Below are positions 47,761 to 59,535 of a stretch of 64,000 nucleotides of DNA, piece by piece. The notes beneath the pieces are model-generated. The model saw nothing but the letters and a program-made list of their open reading frames with translations, was not told where the DNA came from and did no database searches. Origin of the DNA: Octopus sinensis (lineage: Eukaryota); NCBI RefSeq assembly GCF_006345805.1, contig NC_043020.1, forward strand, positions 11,470,001 to 11,534,000, read 5' to 3'. Position numbers and translations under genes: made by a program. Each line of letters begins with the position of its first letter. Positions within the stretch are counted from its first letter, which is position 1.

Positions 47761-48189
47761 TATATGTCTACACTAAATTTCAAATACGCGTGCACACGTA
47801 TTCAGAGTTCAAATTCTGCCAAGGATGACTTTGCCTTTCATCCTTCTGGGATTGATAAAATCAAGTACCAGTCAAGTACTTTTCCCCTCCTCTCAAAATT
47901 GCTGGCCTTGTGACAAAATTAGAAAGAATTACAAGAAAAGGCACAAAGCTTTGCAGAATCATTAACACAGGACTTTATCTCCTATCTTTTACTTGTTTCA
48001 ATCATTAGACTGCGGCCATGCTGGGGCACCACTTCAAGGGACTTTCAGTCGAATAAATCAACTCCAGTACTTTATTTTCTTTAAGCCTGGTACTTATTCT
48101 ATCAGTCTCTTTTGTGGAACTGCTAAGTTATGGGAACACAGACACACCAAACACACACAAATATAAATATATATATATATATAAATAAT

Positions 48190-48250
48190 TTATCGCTGAA
48201 GAAGGGAAAATTCTTATGAATTAACCCCGAAATTGGGACTAATACGGTAA
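48190..48250 (+). ncRNA. Type-I hammerhead ribozyme motif with complete catalytic core
   Basis: UUAUCG-CUGAAGA-A-GGG aa AAUUC(UUAU)GAAUU aac CCC-GAAA-UUG(GGAC)UAA-UA-CGGUAA. All conserved core positions present; stems I, II and III all pair. Predicted cut after 48244. Confidence 0.7.
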
Positions 48251-48480
48251 TAACGGATTTTTTAGAAATTTCTATCGGTTTATTTCGAGACGTATAAATT
48301 ATAATGGTTATTGACAATTTTGTCTTTTTTCAGCATATTTGGCATTAGAATTTTTCTGTTGCCCTTATTTTGTAAATTATTTATAAATTTAACCTTCAAA
48401 GGTATTTTTTGATATACTGGCCATTGATAAAAATTTTTTTCTCTGAAAATAATTTTATGCTACATTAGTTATATATATAT

Positions 48481-48644
48481 AGGCGGCTGTGTGGTAAGTA
48501 GCTTGCTAACCAACCACATGGTTCTGGGTTCAATCCCACTGTGTGGCATCTTGGGCAAGTGTCTTCTGCTATAGCCCCGGGCCGACCAATGCCTTGTGAG
48601 TGGATTTGGTAGACGGAAACTGAAAGAAGCCTGTCGTATATATG

Positions 48645-48679
<35 letters not shown>

Positions 48680-48895
48680 TTGTGTGTCTGGGTTTGTCCC
48701 CCTAGCATTGCTTGACAACCGATGCTGGTGTGTGTTTATGTCCCCGTCACTTAGCGGTTCGGCAAAAGAGACCGATAGAATAAGTACTGGGCTTACAAAG
48801 AATAAGTCCTGGGGTCGATTTGCTCGACTAAAGGCAGTGCTCCAGCATGGCCACAGTCAAATGACTGAATAAAAGAGTAAAGAGTAAAAGAGTAT
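48481..48895 (+). mobile_element. SINE family A
   Basis: Near full-length; followed by an antisense 5' half (about 48905-49055). Confidence 0.88.
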
Positions 48896-49509
48896 ATAAA
48901 TCAATGGGCTTCTTTCAGTTTCCATCTACCAAATCCACTTACAAGGCTTTGGTTGGCCTGAGACTGTAGTAGAAGACACTTGTGCAATGTACCACACAGT
49001 GGGAATGAACCCAGGACCATGCAGTTAGGAAGCAAGCTTCTTACCACACAGCTACAACATTTCTTCCATTTTTGCATTCTGAGTTCAAATTCTACCTTTC
49101 ATTCTTCTCAAGTTGATAAAAGCAGAACCAGTTGAATTGCTGGCCTTCTGCCAAAATAAAAAAAACATTAGATATTATTATTAAGGTAGCAAGCTGGCAG
49201 AATAATGAGAATGCCGGAAATAAATGCCTTGCGTCATTCCTTCTGGCTTTATGCTCAAATTCTGCAGAGGTTAACTTTGGCTTTCATTCTTTCAAGGTTT
49301 ATAAAAATTACTACCAGCTGATCACTGAGGTTGGTGTACACGACTGGCCCATCCCCTCAAAAACTGCAGGCCCTGTGCCGAAATTTGGCATCACACCACT
49401 ATTACTACTACTAAGGCAGAGAGCTGGCAGAAACATTAATGTGTCAGATAAAATGCTTTCTTCCTATTCCTTACACTTTTGGGGAATAGATCATTAAATT
49501 TTTGTTACT

Positions 49510-49745
49510 CTCTTTCTGTTTTTACTCTTTTACTTGTTTCAGTCATTTGACTGCGGCCATGCTGGAGCACCACCTTTAGTCGAGCAAATCGACCCCAGGA
49601 TTTCTTCTTTGTAAGCCTAGTACCTTATTCTATCGGTCTCTTTTTGCCAAACCGCTAAGTGACGGGGACGTAAACACACCAGCATCGGTTGTCAGGCGAT
49701 GTTTGGAGGGGGACAAACACAGATACACAAACATATTATACACAA

Positions 49746-49776
<31 letters not shown>

Positions 49777-49940
49777 CGACGGGCTTCTTTCAGTTTCCGT
49801 CTACCAAATCTACTCACAAGGCTTTGGTTGGCCCTAGGCTATAGGAGAAGACACTTGCCCAAGGTGCCATGCAGTGGGACTGAACCCTGAACCATGTGGT
49901 CAGTAAGCAAGCTACTTACCACACAGCCACTCCTGCGCCT
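49510..49940 (-). mobile_element. SINE family A
   Basis: Full-length antisense copy. Confidence 0.88.
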
Positions 49941-50259
49941 GTTGTTAATTGTTACTGTTATATTTTATTTTATACATGGATATTGTCCTAACCCCACTTG
50001 TACCTTGTGCTGTATAGTCCCTATTTTTGTTTTATGATTGGCCCTTGTGACCAATAAAGAAAAGATTATTATTATTATCAATCACCAAGGTCGACTCTGC
50101 CTTTTCTTCTTTTCAAGGTCAATAAATTAAGTACCAGTGAAACACTGGGGGTCAATGTAATCAACTAGACTCCTCCTGCCAAACTTCAGGCCTTGTGCCT
50201 ATAGTAAAAAGAATTATTATTATTATTATTATTATTATCATCATTATTATCATCATTAT

Positions 50260-50422
50260 AGGCGCAGGAGTGGCTGTGTGATAAGTAGCTTGCTTACCAA
50301 CCACATGGTTCCAGGTTCAGTCCCACTGCGTGACATCTTGGGCAAGTGTCTTCTGCTATAGCCCCAGGCTGACCAATGCCTTGTGAGTGAATTTGGTAGA
50401 TGGAAACTGAAAGAAGCCTGTC

Positions 50423-50468
<46 letters not shown>

Positions 50469-50675
50469 ATGTGTATGTGTTTGTCTACCTAGCATTGCTT
50501 GACAATCTATGCTGATGTGTTTACATCCCCATCACTTAGCGGTTTGGCAAAAGAGACCGATGTAATAAGTACTGGGCTTACAAAGAATAAGTCCCAGGGT
50601 TGATTTGCTCGACTAAAGGCGGTGCTCCAGCATGGCCGAAGTCAAATGACTGAAACAAGTAAAAGAGTAAAAGAG
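50260..50675 (+). mobile_element. SINE family A
   Basis: Full-length copy in (ATT)n. Confidence 0.88.
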
Positions 50676-50964
50676 TATTATTTATTTGACTAAGGTCTGT
50701 TCTTATTCCTGATAGAACTTACAAGGGTAGCTGGTTACTACTTGTAACCTCAGACATCCACAAGCTTTCAGTAGTCTTTCAAGTGCTTAAAACCTTCCTG
50801 ATAATCTTATCTGCCCCCCCTAGGAGGCAAACTTTCTGTAGAGGCACTACTGAACATTATTGCCTTTCGGCCTTTCAGGGTCAATACATTAAGTACCAGT
50901 GAAACACTGGGATCAATGTAGTTGACTAGTCCCCTCCTACCAAATTTCAGGCCTTTTGCCAATA

Positions 50965-51186
50965 GTAATTATTATTATTACTACTATTATTATGATTACT
51001 ACTACTACTATTATTACTACTATTATCATTATTACTACTATTATTATTATTTTTATTACTACTATTATTATTATTATTATTATTATTATCATTATTACTA
51101 CTATTATTATTATTTTTATTACTACTACTATTATTATTATTATTACTATTATTATTATTTTTATTACTACTACTATTATTATTATT
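50965..51186. repeat. (TAT/TAC)n microsatellite
   Basis: Direct reading. Confidence 0.95.
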
Positions 51187-51502
51187 AATATAGAAAGGAT
51201 TGAGGTAACTCCTCCTGAAGATATAGAGTCAAAATTAAAAGAAGAGTGCCATTGTTCTCTAGTGAACGATATTTCGACGTCTTGCGTGTCTTCAACTGGT
51301 TCAAGAAATATCGTTCACTGGATAACAATGGCACTCTTCTTTTAATTTTGACTCTATATCTTCAGGAGGAATTACCTCAATCCTTTCTATATTAACCAAA
51401 ATGAAGTAGATTGACAAATTTATTTTTTGAACCAGTTGGAGACACACAAGATGTCAAAATATCGTTCACTACAAAACAATAACACTCTTCTTTTAATTTT
51501 GA
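51185..51502. mobile_element. 91-bp-arm palindrome plus a 151-bp-period direct repeat, with a hammerhead-like motif
   Basis: Arms 51185-51275 and 51305-51395 (3 mismatches). The GAAATATCGTTCA block recurs at 51456. Confidence 0.75.
51263..51303 (-). ncRNA. Variant ultra-minimal hammerhead-like motif
   Basis: UGAAC-CAGUUGA-A-GAC(ACGCAAGAC)GUC-GAAA-UA-UC-GUUCA; AUAU palindrome replaces stem III; U4->A and A6->U. Confidence 0.45.
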
Positions 51503-51517
51503 TATTATTATTATTAC

Positions 51518-51815
51518 TCATTTAATCGACCTCGAAAGGATGAAAGGCAAAGTCGACCTCGGCGGAATTTGAACTCAGAACGTAGCGGCAGACGAAATAC
51601 CTATTTCTTTACTACCCACAAGGGGCTAAACATAGAGGGGACAAACAAAGACAGACAAACGGATTAAGTCGATTATATCGACCCCAGTGTGTAACTGGTA
51701 CTTATTTAATCGACCCCGAAAGGATGAAAGGCAAAGTCGACCTCGGCGGAATTTGAACTCAGAACGTAGCAGCAGATGAAATACCGCTAAGCATTTCGCC
51801 CGGCATACTAACATT
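51518..51815 (-). mobile_element. SINE family C dimer (partial)
   Basis: Same dimer junction (reverse complement) as 17860 and 36082. Confidence 0.85.
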
Positions 51816-52178
51816 TATGCCTACCACCACCTGACAACCAGTGTTGCTACATTCATATCCCCACAACTTAGCAGCTCAGCAAAAGAAACCAATGGAATAA
51901 CTACCAGGCTTAAAGAAAAGAAAAAAAGAAAAAAAGAAGTACTGGGCTTGATTCATTCGACTAAAAATTCTTCAAAGCGGTGCTCCAGTATGGTCACAGT
52001 CTAATGAATAAAGCAAGTAAAAGATGGTCCTTAATGATGCCCAGAATCCTTTGCAGGCCTTCATCACTCGCATTCTTGACCAATTATCCACAAAACTCAA
52101 GGGCTGATGTCCAGCTGGTACAAAGCAGTGAATGTCTGATTTCCAATATTGTAGAATACTACTACTACTATTACTACT

Positions 52179-52555
52179 GTGGAGGCCCAGTGGTTAGGGC
52201 AGCGGACTCGTGGTCATAGGATCGCGGTTTCGATTCCCAGACCGGGCGTTGTGAGTGTTTATTGAGCGAAAACACCTAAAGCTCCACGAGGCTCCGGCAG
52301 GGGATAGTGGTGATCCCTGCTGTACTCTTTCACTACAACTTTCTCTCACTCTTACTTCCTGTTTCTGTTGTACCTGTATTTCAAGGGGCCGGCCTTGTCA
52401 CTCTCTGTGTCACGCTGAATATCCCCGAGAACTACGTTAAGGGTACACGTGTCTGTGGAGTGCTCAGCCACTTACATGTTAATTTCACGAGCAGGCTGTT
52501 CCGTTGATTCGGATCAACCGGAACCCTCGTCATCGTAACCAACGGAGTGCTTCCA
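52179..52555 (+). mobile_element. SINE family B
   Basis: Near full-length copy in (TAC)n. Confidence 0.9.
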
Positions 52556-53199
52556 CTATTACTACTACTACAAAGGATTAATAATATCTATAAGAATTGT
52601 AAACTGATAGCAATAAAAATACATAATGAGGGTAATAAAAATGATATCAATAACAATTATTATTATTATTACTATTATTATTATTATTACAACTACTACT
52701 ACTACTACCACTACTACCAGAAATAGTAGTGATGATGATGTAATGAAAAAAATTTCCATCAAAAATTCTCCATGAAAAAAAAACCGTAAAGACAGATAAA
52801 TGGGAAAATTGGAAACAAATGTAATAGATTTTTGTTTTCTATTTACAGCTTTTCCCAAATAAAAAGAAATTGACTTGTGTGTGTGTATGTGTGCATATCA
52901 TTACACACATACATGAATATATGCATATACACCCACCGATATAATACATATACTACATATGTGCACATACACACACACACACTGCAAGTAAAGAATATGT
53001 ATCCCAGAAGAGAACTCGATCAATCGTTAGATACTCAAAGTAAGAAATATATATTACAGAAGTTAAAAGTCTAAAAAAAAGGAACCCATCACAAAGTAGG
53101 TATAGAATATACCTTAGATGTATTCGGGTGTTTGTGTGAGTACATACACGTGTGTAAATACAAATATACATATATACATAAATACATATATATACATAA

Positions 53200-53726
53200 A
53201 TACATATATACAGGTATATAACCGTGGCCATAACCCGTGGCCTCTACATGGGATGTAGCCAGTCCACTTATGCATACCTTTCCTTCTTGGGACACAAAAC
53301 TCTACTTGTGAAGACCTGTTGAGGCAAGTGAAAATCAAAATCGATCAACATCAATGGAAATTGCAGCTGTGATACCAGTGCCGGTGGTACGTAAGAGAAC
53401 CATCCGAACGTGGCTGTTGCCAGCGCCACCTCGACTGGCTTTGTGCCAGTAGCACATAAAAAGCACCATCCTATCGTGGCCATTGCCAGCCTCGCCCAGC
53501 CCCCGAGCCGGTGGCCGTTTGCCAGCCTCGTCTAGCACCTGTGCCGGTGGCACGTAAAAAGCACCCACTACACTCATGGAGTGGTTGGCGTTTGGAAGGG
53601 CATCCAGCCATAGAAACACTGCCAGATCAGACTGGGCCTGGCGCAGCCTTCTGGCTTCCCAGACCCCAGTTGAACTGTCCAACTCATGCTAGCATGGAAA
53701 GCAGACACTAAACGATGATGATGATG
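53200..53726 (+). mobile_element. RTE LINE 3' UTR with (GAT)n tail
   Basis: Ends ...GCTAGCATGGAAAGCAGACACTAAACGATGATGATGATG. Confidence 0.8.
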
Positions 53727-54040
53727 TATGCGTGGCTTAGGGGCCAGGGTATTCAGCTTGCAATTATAAGGTTGCTGGTTTGAATCCTAGCAGTGAGTTG
53801 CCCTTGAGCAAAGCCCTTTATTTCATGCTGCTCCAGTCCACACAGCTGGGAAAAATTAGTTGCACTTGTGTTTCAAAGGGCCAGCCTTGTTACATACTGT
53901 ATCACACTAAATCTCCCTGGAAACTGTGTTAAAGGCACATATGAATGCAGAGGAGCACTCAGCCACTTGCACGTTAATTTCACAAGCAGGCTTTTTTTCA
54001 ATGATTGGATCAACTTGAACCTCATTATTGTAACCAACAG
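53727..54040 (+). mobile_element. Old chimeric SINE: H-type head/body with family B tail
   Basis: CCTTGAGCAAAGCCCTTTATTTCATGCTGCTCCAGTCCAC body, then TTTCAAAGGGCCAGCCTTGT...TTAATTTCACAAGCAGGC as in family B. Confidence 0.6.
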
Positions 54041-54092
54041 TGTACCTATATATATATATATATCAATAATAATAAATGGTAAAATTAATTAA

Positions 54093-54459
54093 TCTCTCTA
54101 CATATAAACGGCAAAATGTCTGTCTGTCTGTGTGTGTGTATCCTTTATATAAATCCACAATTTTTCAGTTAGAGGGCTCGCACTTTCTATGGTCATCCAA
54201 AACTGTCCAAGGGTGATCGTGCACATCTTTACATTTCCCCAGTCACCCCACAAAGCCATTAAAAAATCAATAGAAGTGAATTTTCTATCCAAAACCCAAT
54301 CAAAATGCCCGAAACTTGATACACCAATTGAATGCCAGCTAGCTATATGTGATTGGTCGGAGATTTGGACAGTACTCGCGTGTATGTGCACACGCATGCA
54401 GCTGTATATGCATGCACTAGCACTATGATCCGGCGTTGCCGGCCTGGTCATAGTGCTAG
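54093..54459 (+). mobile_element. Non-autonomous Helitron-like element, family H2
   Basis: A|TC 5' end; (GTCT)n; 3' CCGGC-GTT-GCCGG hairpin and CTAG|T at 54456-54460. Confidence 0.7.
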
Positions 54460-54628
54460 TAAATAATAAATGAGTGGAAATCGAACCAGTGAGTGTGTTA
54501 CATGATAAGGCATTTAGACAATATGACCCTCCCCAGAAACAACATAATTTGCTTCAACACATGAGTTTACTTGAGGAAATCTTGCAAACCAGATACAAAA
54601 ATGAAGTGTGTGTGTGTGTGTGTGTATG

Positions 54629-55010
54629 TATCATCATCGTTTAACGTCCGTTCTCCATGCTAGCATGGGTTGGACGGTTCGACCGGGGATCTGGGAAGCC
54701 AGAAGGCTGCACCAGGCTCCAGTCTTATCTGGCAATGTTTCTACAGCTGGATGCCCTTCCTAACGCCAACCACTCCGTGAGTGTAGTGGGTGCTTTTTAC
54801 GTGCCACCTGCACAGGTGCCAGGCGAGGCTGGCAACGGCCACGGTCGGATTGGTGTATTTTATGTGCCACCGGCACAGAAGCCAGTCGAGGCGGCGCTGG
54901 CATCGGCCACGAGTTGGATAGTGCTTTTTACGTACCACCAGACCAGGGATCCTGGCTGGTTCAATTCGATTTCGATTTCGCTTGCCCCAACATGTCTTCG
55001 CAAGCAAAGG
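54629..55010 (-). mobile_element. RTE LINE 3' UTR fragment
   Basis: Same family as 58912-59535. Confidence 0.8.
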
Positions 55011-55171
55011 GGGTGTAAATGTATATCTTATTCCTTTCTGTCAAAGTGTGTAGGCTCAAAATGTAAAGAATTTTTTTTTTCCCCGAGCATCAAATGAATA
55101 CACTTGCTTCATGTTCCTACACCTGTCTTTGTCCTTTATTTTTCTATAAATTTAAACTATATATATATATA

Positions 55172-55450
55172 TCTTATATAAAATCCATTCTGTCTGTCTG
55201 TCTGTGTGTGCGTGTCTTCTAGGATCTTGGGCATCCTCCATCCGATTGCACTCAAATTTGACATGTAGATACTGACATTATCAGGGCGTGTACAAGTCTT
55301 GTAAACAATACAAAAATCGATTCCAGGTGAGAATGCGATCGATAATGCTGTTTTTGTCCTGCTTTTCTTCCATCAACCTGTATATAACTGCACCTTCCAT
55401 TTTTGTTGTTTTTGTACTGCTTAAAGGTATGTTTCTTTCCTGCCAAGCTT
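55172..55450 (+). mobile_element. 5' part of another Helitron/HINE-like element (truncated)
   Basis: A|TCTTATATAAAA start and (GTCT)n as in H1/H2; no 3' hairpin seen before the MITE. Confidence 0.4.
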
Positions 55451-55459
55451 ACTGTTTAA

Positions 55460-55680
55460 CCCTTTAGTGTTCAGATTACTCTGTTAAATGTAATACTTTT
55501 CCACTCAAATTGTTTTGAATTAATCATGCATTATCTTACAACTTTGAGGTTTCAATGATGTGATTGCTTATTTTTAGAATGTCAATATAGGTTAGGTGTG
55601 AAAGGCTAGATATGGCTAGTTCAAATATAAAACATGTAGAACATAGTGGGCCGGATGTAGCCGGTTTAAACACTAAAGGG
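55460..55680 (-). mobile_element. Diverged piggyBac-like MITE (221 bp), TTAA TSD
   Basis: TTAA|CCCTTTAG ... CTAAAGGG|TTAA (55456-55459 and 55681-55684). Confidence 0.85.
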
Positions 55681-56220
55681 TTAAACCATATTTGTGTTCT
55701 CCCAGTCAACAGCCTTATCGTTACTGGTGCTTTAAACTCTTCGGTTGCATATTTGTGTGGATAAAATCGTTTTTCTTTGGAATAGAAAAAAAGTCTATCT
55801 TTATTTCTTCTTTTGCTGGTGTCTCAAATTTAGGGTAATTCAGCGTTTCTCAAAGGGGAGGCCTACGGAACGGTTGGACAAGTTGTTTTGAGAAAAATTG
55901 GTTTAAATGTTTGACAATTCAGCTCCGTCCATTGGACAGGGGGCGCTTTGCTCTCCGGCTGACCATCTCCAAACTGTCTAGCCCGTGTCAGCATGGAAAA
56001 TGGATGATGATGATGATGATGATGATGACTGCATAGAAAACAATGTTATCATTTCAATCCTGCAACTTAGCAGTTCACATAGAGATGGATAAATAATTAT
56101 AGGGGTCAATATGATTGGCTAAACCCTTGAGGGTGATACTGCAGCATGACCACAGTCAGTGATGTTTCTTGCAGTCTCCAAAACCCTCCATGAAACATCG
56201 CTGACGATGCATCCTAGAGT

Positions 56221-56603
56221 GGAAGCACTCCGTCGGTTACGACGACGAGGGTTCCGGTTGATCCGATCAACAGAACAGCCTGCTCGTGAAATTAACGTGT
56301 AAGTGGCTGAGCACTCCACAGACACATGTACCCTTAACGTAGTTCTCGGGGATATTCAGCATGACACAGAGAGTGACAAGGCCGGCCCCTTGAAATACAG
56401 GTACAACAGAAACAGGAAGTAAGAGTGAGAGAAAGTTGTGGTGAAAGAGTACAGCAGGGATCACCACCAACCCCCTGCCGGAGCCTCGTGGAGCTTTAGG
56501 TGTTTTCGCTCAATAAACACTCACAACGCCCGGTCTGGGAATCGAAACCGCGATCTACGACCGCGAGTCCGCTGCCCTAACCACTGGGCCATTGCACCTC
56601 CAC
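56221..56603 (-). mobile_element. SINE family B with TSD
   Basis: GCATCCTAGAGT at 56209-56220 and 56604-56615. Confidence 0.9.
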
Positions 56604-57049
56604 GCATCCTAGAGTATACATAAGGTGTATCTTAAAACTTAAAACACGTATGTGTGTGTGAGTGTATAAGTGTGTGTGTGTGTGTGTGTGTGTTTATGTA
56701 ACGTAATGCATCCATATTGGCAAGGAGTACAGTTTGTTATAGAATTAGCATTCATTAAAAGGATGAAACAATGCCAAAACCACAACAGAGTGGGCAAAGT
56801 TAGTTCCAGCAGTTGTCAAAATGGTTCCATGCCAAAAAGCAGCAGCCCTTGCCTGGCTAAACGTATTTGCTGTACAATAGAAGCCGCATGAACTTTGTAC
56901 AGTGAAAAAAAAACTATTATTATTATTATTACTTTTTTTTTCTTCTTTCAAATTTGTTTCCATTTCTTGCCGAGTGTCTTCCCGACTCCTAGGGCAAAGA
57001 AACTCTATTATCACTATTATTATTATTATCATTATTGTTATTATTATAC

Positions 57050-57428
57050 TCTTTACTCTCTTTTACTTATTTCAGTCATTTGACTGCGGCCATGCTGGAG
57101 CACCGCCTTTAGTCGAGCAAATCAACCCCGGGACTTATTCTTTGTAAGCCCAGTACTTATTCTATCGGTCTCTTTTGTCGAACTGCTAAGTGACGGGGAC
57201 GTAAACACACCAGCATCAGTTGTCAAGCAATGCTAGGGGGACAAACACAGACACAGAAACACACACACATATATATACATATATACGACAGGCTTCTTTC
57301 AGTTTCCGTCTACTAAATCCACTCACAAGGCACTGGTCGGCCCAGGGCTATAGCAGAAGGCACTTGCCCAAGATGCCACGCAGTGGGACTGAACCCGGAA
57401 CCATGTGGTTGGTTAGCAAGCTACTTGC
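57050..57428 (-). mobile_element. SINE family A
   Basis: Antisense copy in (ATT)n. Confidence 0.88.
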
Positions 57429-57433
57429 TATTA

Positions 57434-57473
<40 letters not shown>

Positions 57474-58036
57474 CGTTATCATTATCATTATTATTATTAT
57501 GTAAGGTAGTTAGCTGGCAGAGTCATTGGCATGCTGGGAAAAATGTTTAGTGGTATTTCATCCATTTTCACATTTGGAGTTCAAATTCCACCAGAGCCAA
57601 CTTTGCCTTTCATTCTTTCTGGGTCAATAAATTAGGTACCAGTTGAGTACTGGAGTTGATGTAATCAACTAGTCCCCTTCCCCAAAATTTCAGGCCTCAT
57701 GCCTTTAGTAGAAAGGATGATTATTATTATTATTATTATTAAGGCAGTGACTCGTTAGCACACTGGATAAAATGCTCAACAACATATCATCCGTCTATAT
57801 GTACTGAGTTCAAATTCCACCAGGGTCAACTTTACCTTTCATCCTTTCAGGATTGATGAAATAAGTACCAGTTGCATACTGGAGTCAATGTAGTTGACTA
57901 ACCCACTTCCTTGAAATTGCTAGCCATGTGCCAAAATTTGGAATCATTATTATACTCTTACTCTTTTATTTGTTTCATCTTTCCAGGGTCAATAAAATGG
58001 AAGTTAAAAGTATCAGTCTAATACTTTTTTTTTTAA

Positions 58037-58400
58037 AGCACTCCGTCGGTTACGACGATGAGGGTTCCGGTTGATCCGATCAACGGAACAGCCTGCTCGT
58101 GAAATTAACGTGTAAGTGGCTGAGCACTCCACAGACACGTGCACCCTTAACATAGTTCTCGGGGATATTCAGCGTGACACAGAGAGTGACAAGGCCGGCC
58201 CCTTGAAATACAGGTACAACAGAAACAGGAAGTAAGAATGAGAGAAAGTTGTGGTGAAAGAGTACAGCAGGGATCACCACCATCCCCTGCCAGAGCCTCG
58301 TGGTGCTTTCGCTCAATAAACACTCACAACGCCCAGTCTGGGAATAGAAACCGCGATCCTATGACCGCGAGTCCGCTGCCCTAACCACTGGGCCATTGCG
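58037..58400 (-). mobile_element. SINE family B
   Basis: Antisense copy with a small internal deletion. Confidence 0.88.
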
Positions 58401-58680
58401 CTAATACTAGGGGTCAATTCAATCAACTAACCCCTCAACCCACTCCCAGGTCTTGTGCCTGTGTTAAAAGCAACATTAGTGGAGCAGTGAGTAGAGAGAA
58501 TCATTAGGGCCTTGAACAAAATGTCTTAGCTGTAATTTTCTTCCAGTTCTTTACATTACGAGTTCAAATCCTGCTGTGGACAACATTGTCTCTCATCCTT
58601 TTACGGATGGATAAACTGTACAGAGGTCCCTATTTTAAAGAAAACTTCACAGAGAATTTATTGTGTTCGAAGTAACTTGA

Positions 58681-58894
58681 CCCTTTTGATACCAAACCAG
58701 GTAAGAATACCGATGGTTCTATGATACAAGTTTCCTGTCTTAAAATGATTCAAATCAAAACCAAAATTTCATGTTGATTTACGTTCAAATCACCACCAAA
58801 ATAAAGACAAAATTATTTCACCAAATTCTTCATTATTTTCAAAATTATTTGAAACAAAGTTAGTGTATTTCCACAGAAATGTGGTAAGGAAAGG
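58681..58894. mobile_element. Degenerate MITE of a second piggyBac-like family
   Basis: TTGA|CCCTTTTG ... GGAAAGG|TTAA; ends decayed. Confidence 0.4.
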
Positions 58895-58911
58895 TTAAAT
58901 ATGCAATCATA

Positions 58912-59535
58912 TATCATCATCATCATCGTTTAACGTCCGCTTTCCATGCTAGCATGGGTTGGACGGTTCAACTGGGGTCTGGGAAGCCAGAAGGCTGCAC
59001 TAGGCCTAGTCTGATCTGGCAATGTTTCTACGGTTGGATGCCCTTCCTAACGCCAACCACTCCGTGAGTGTAGTGGGTGCTTTTTACGTGCCACCAGCAC
59101 AGGTGCCAGACGAGGCTGGCAACGGCCACGATTGGATGGTGCTTTTTATGTGCCACCGGCACAGGTGCCAGGCAAGGCTGGCAACGGCCTCGAATGGATG
59201 GTGCTTTTTATGTGCCACCAGCACAAGGCCAGTCGGGACTGCGCTGGCAACGGTCATGTTCGGATGGTTCTCTTACATGCCACCGGCACTGGTATCACAG
59301 CTACAATTTCCATTGATGTTGATCGATTTCGATTCTCACTTGCCTCAACAGGTCTTCACAAGTAGAGTTTTGTGTCCCCAGAAGGAAAGGTATGCATAAG
59401 TGGACTGGTACATCCCGGGTTATGGTCTCACTTGTCCTGCCGGGTCTTCTCACGCACAGCACACTTCCAAAGGTCTCGGTCTCTAGTCATTTCCTCAGTG
59501 AGACCTAAAGTTCGAAGGTCGTGCTTCACCACAGA
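58912..59535 (-). mobile_element. RTE LINE 3' end (ORF2 C-terminus plus 3' UTR and (GAT)n tail)
   Basis: Minus strand reads VVKHDLRTLGLTEEMTRDRDLWKCAVREKTRQDK*. Confidence 0.88.

Noticed and set aside
56745-57032. 95-aa minus-strand ORF in partly unique sequence
   Set aside because: It starts in an (ATT)n tract, has no recognisable motif and has no convincing splice pair.
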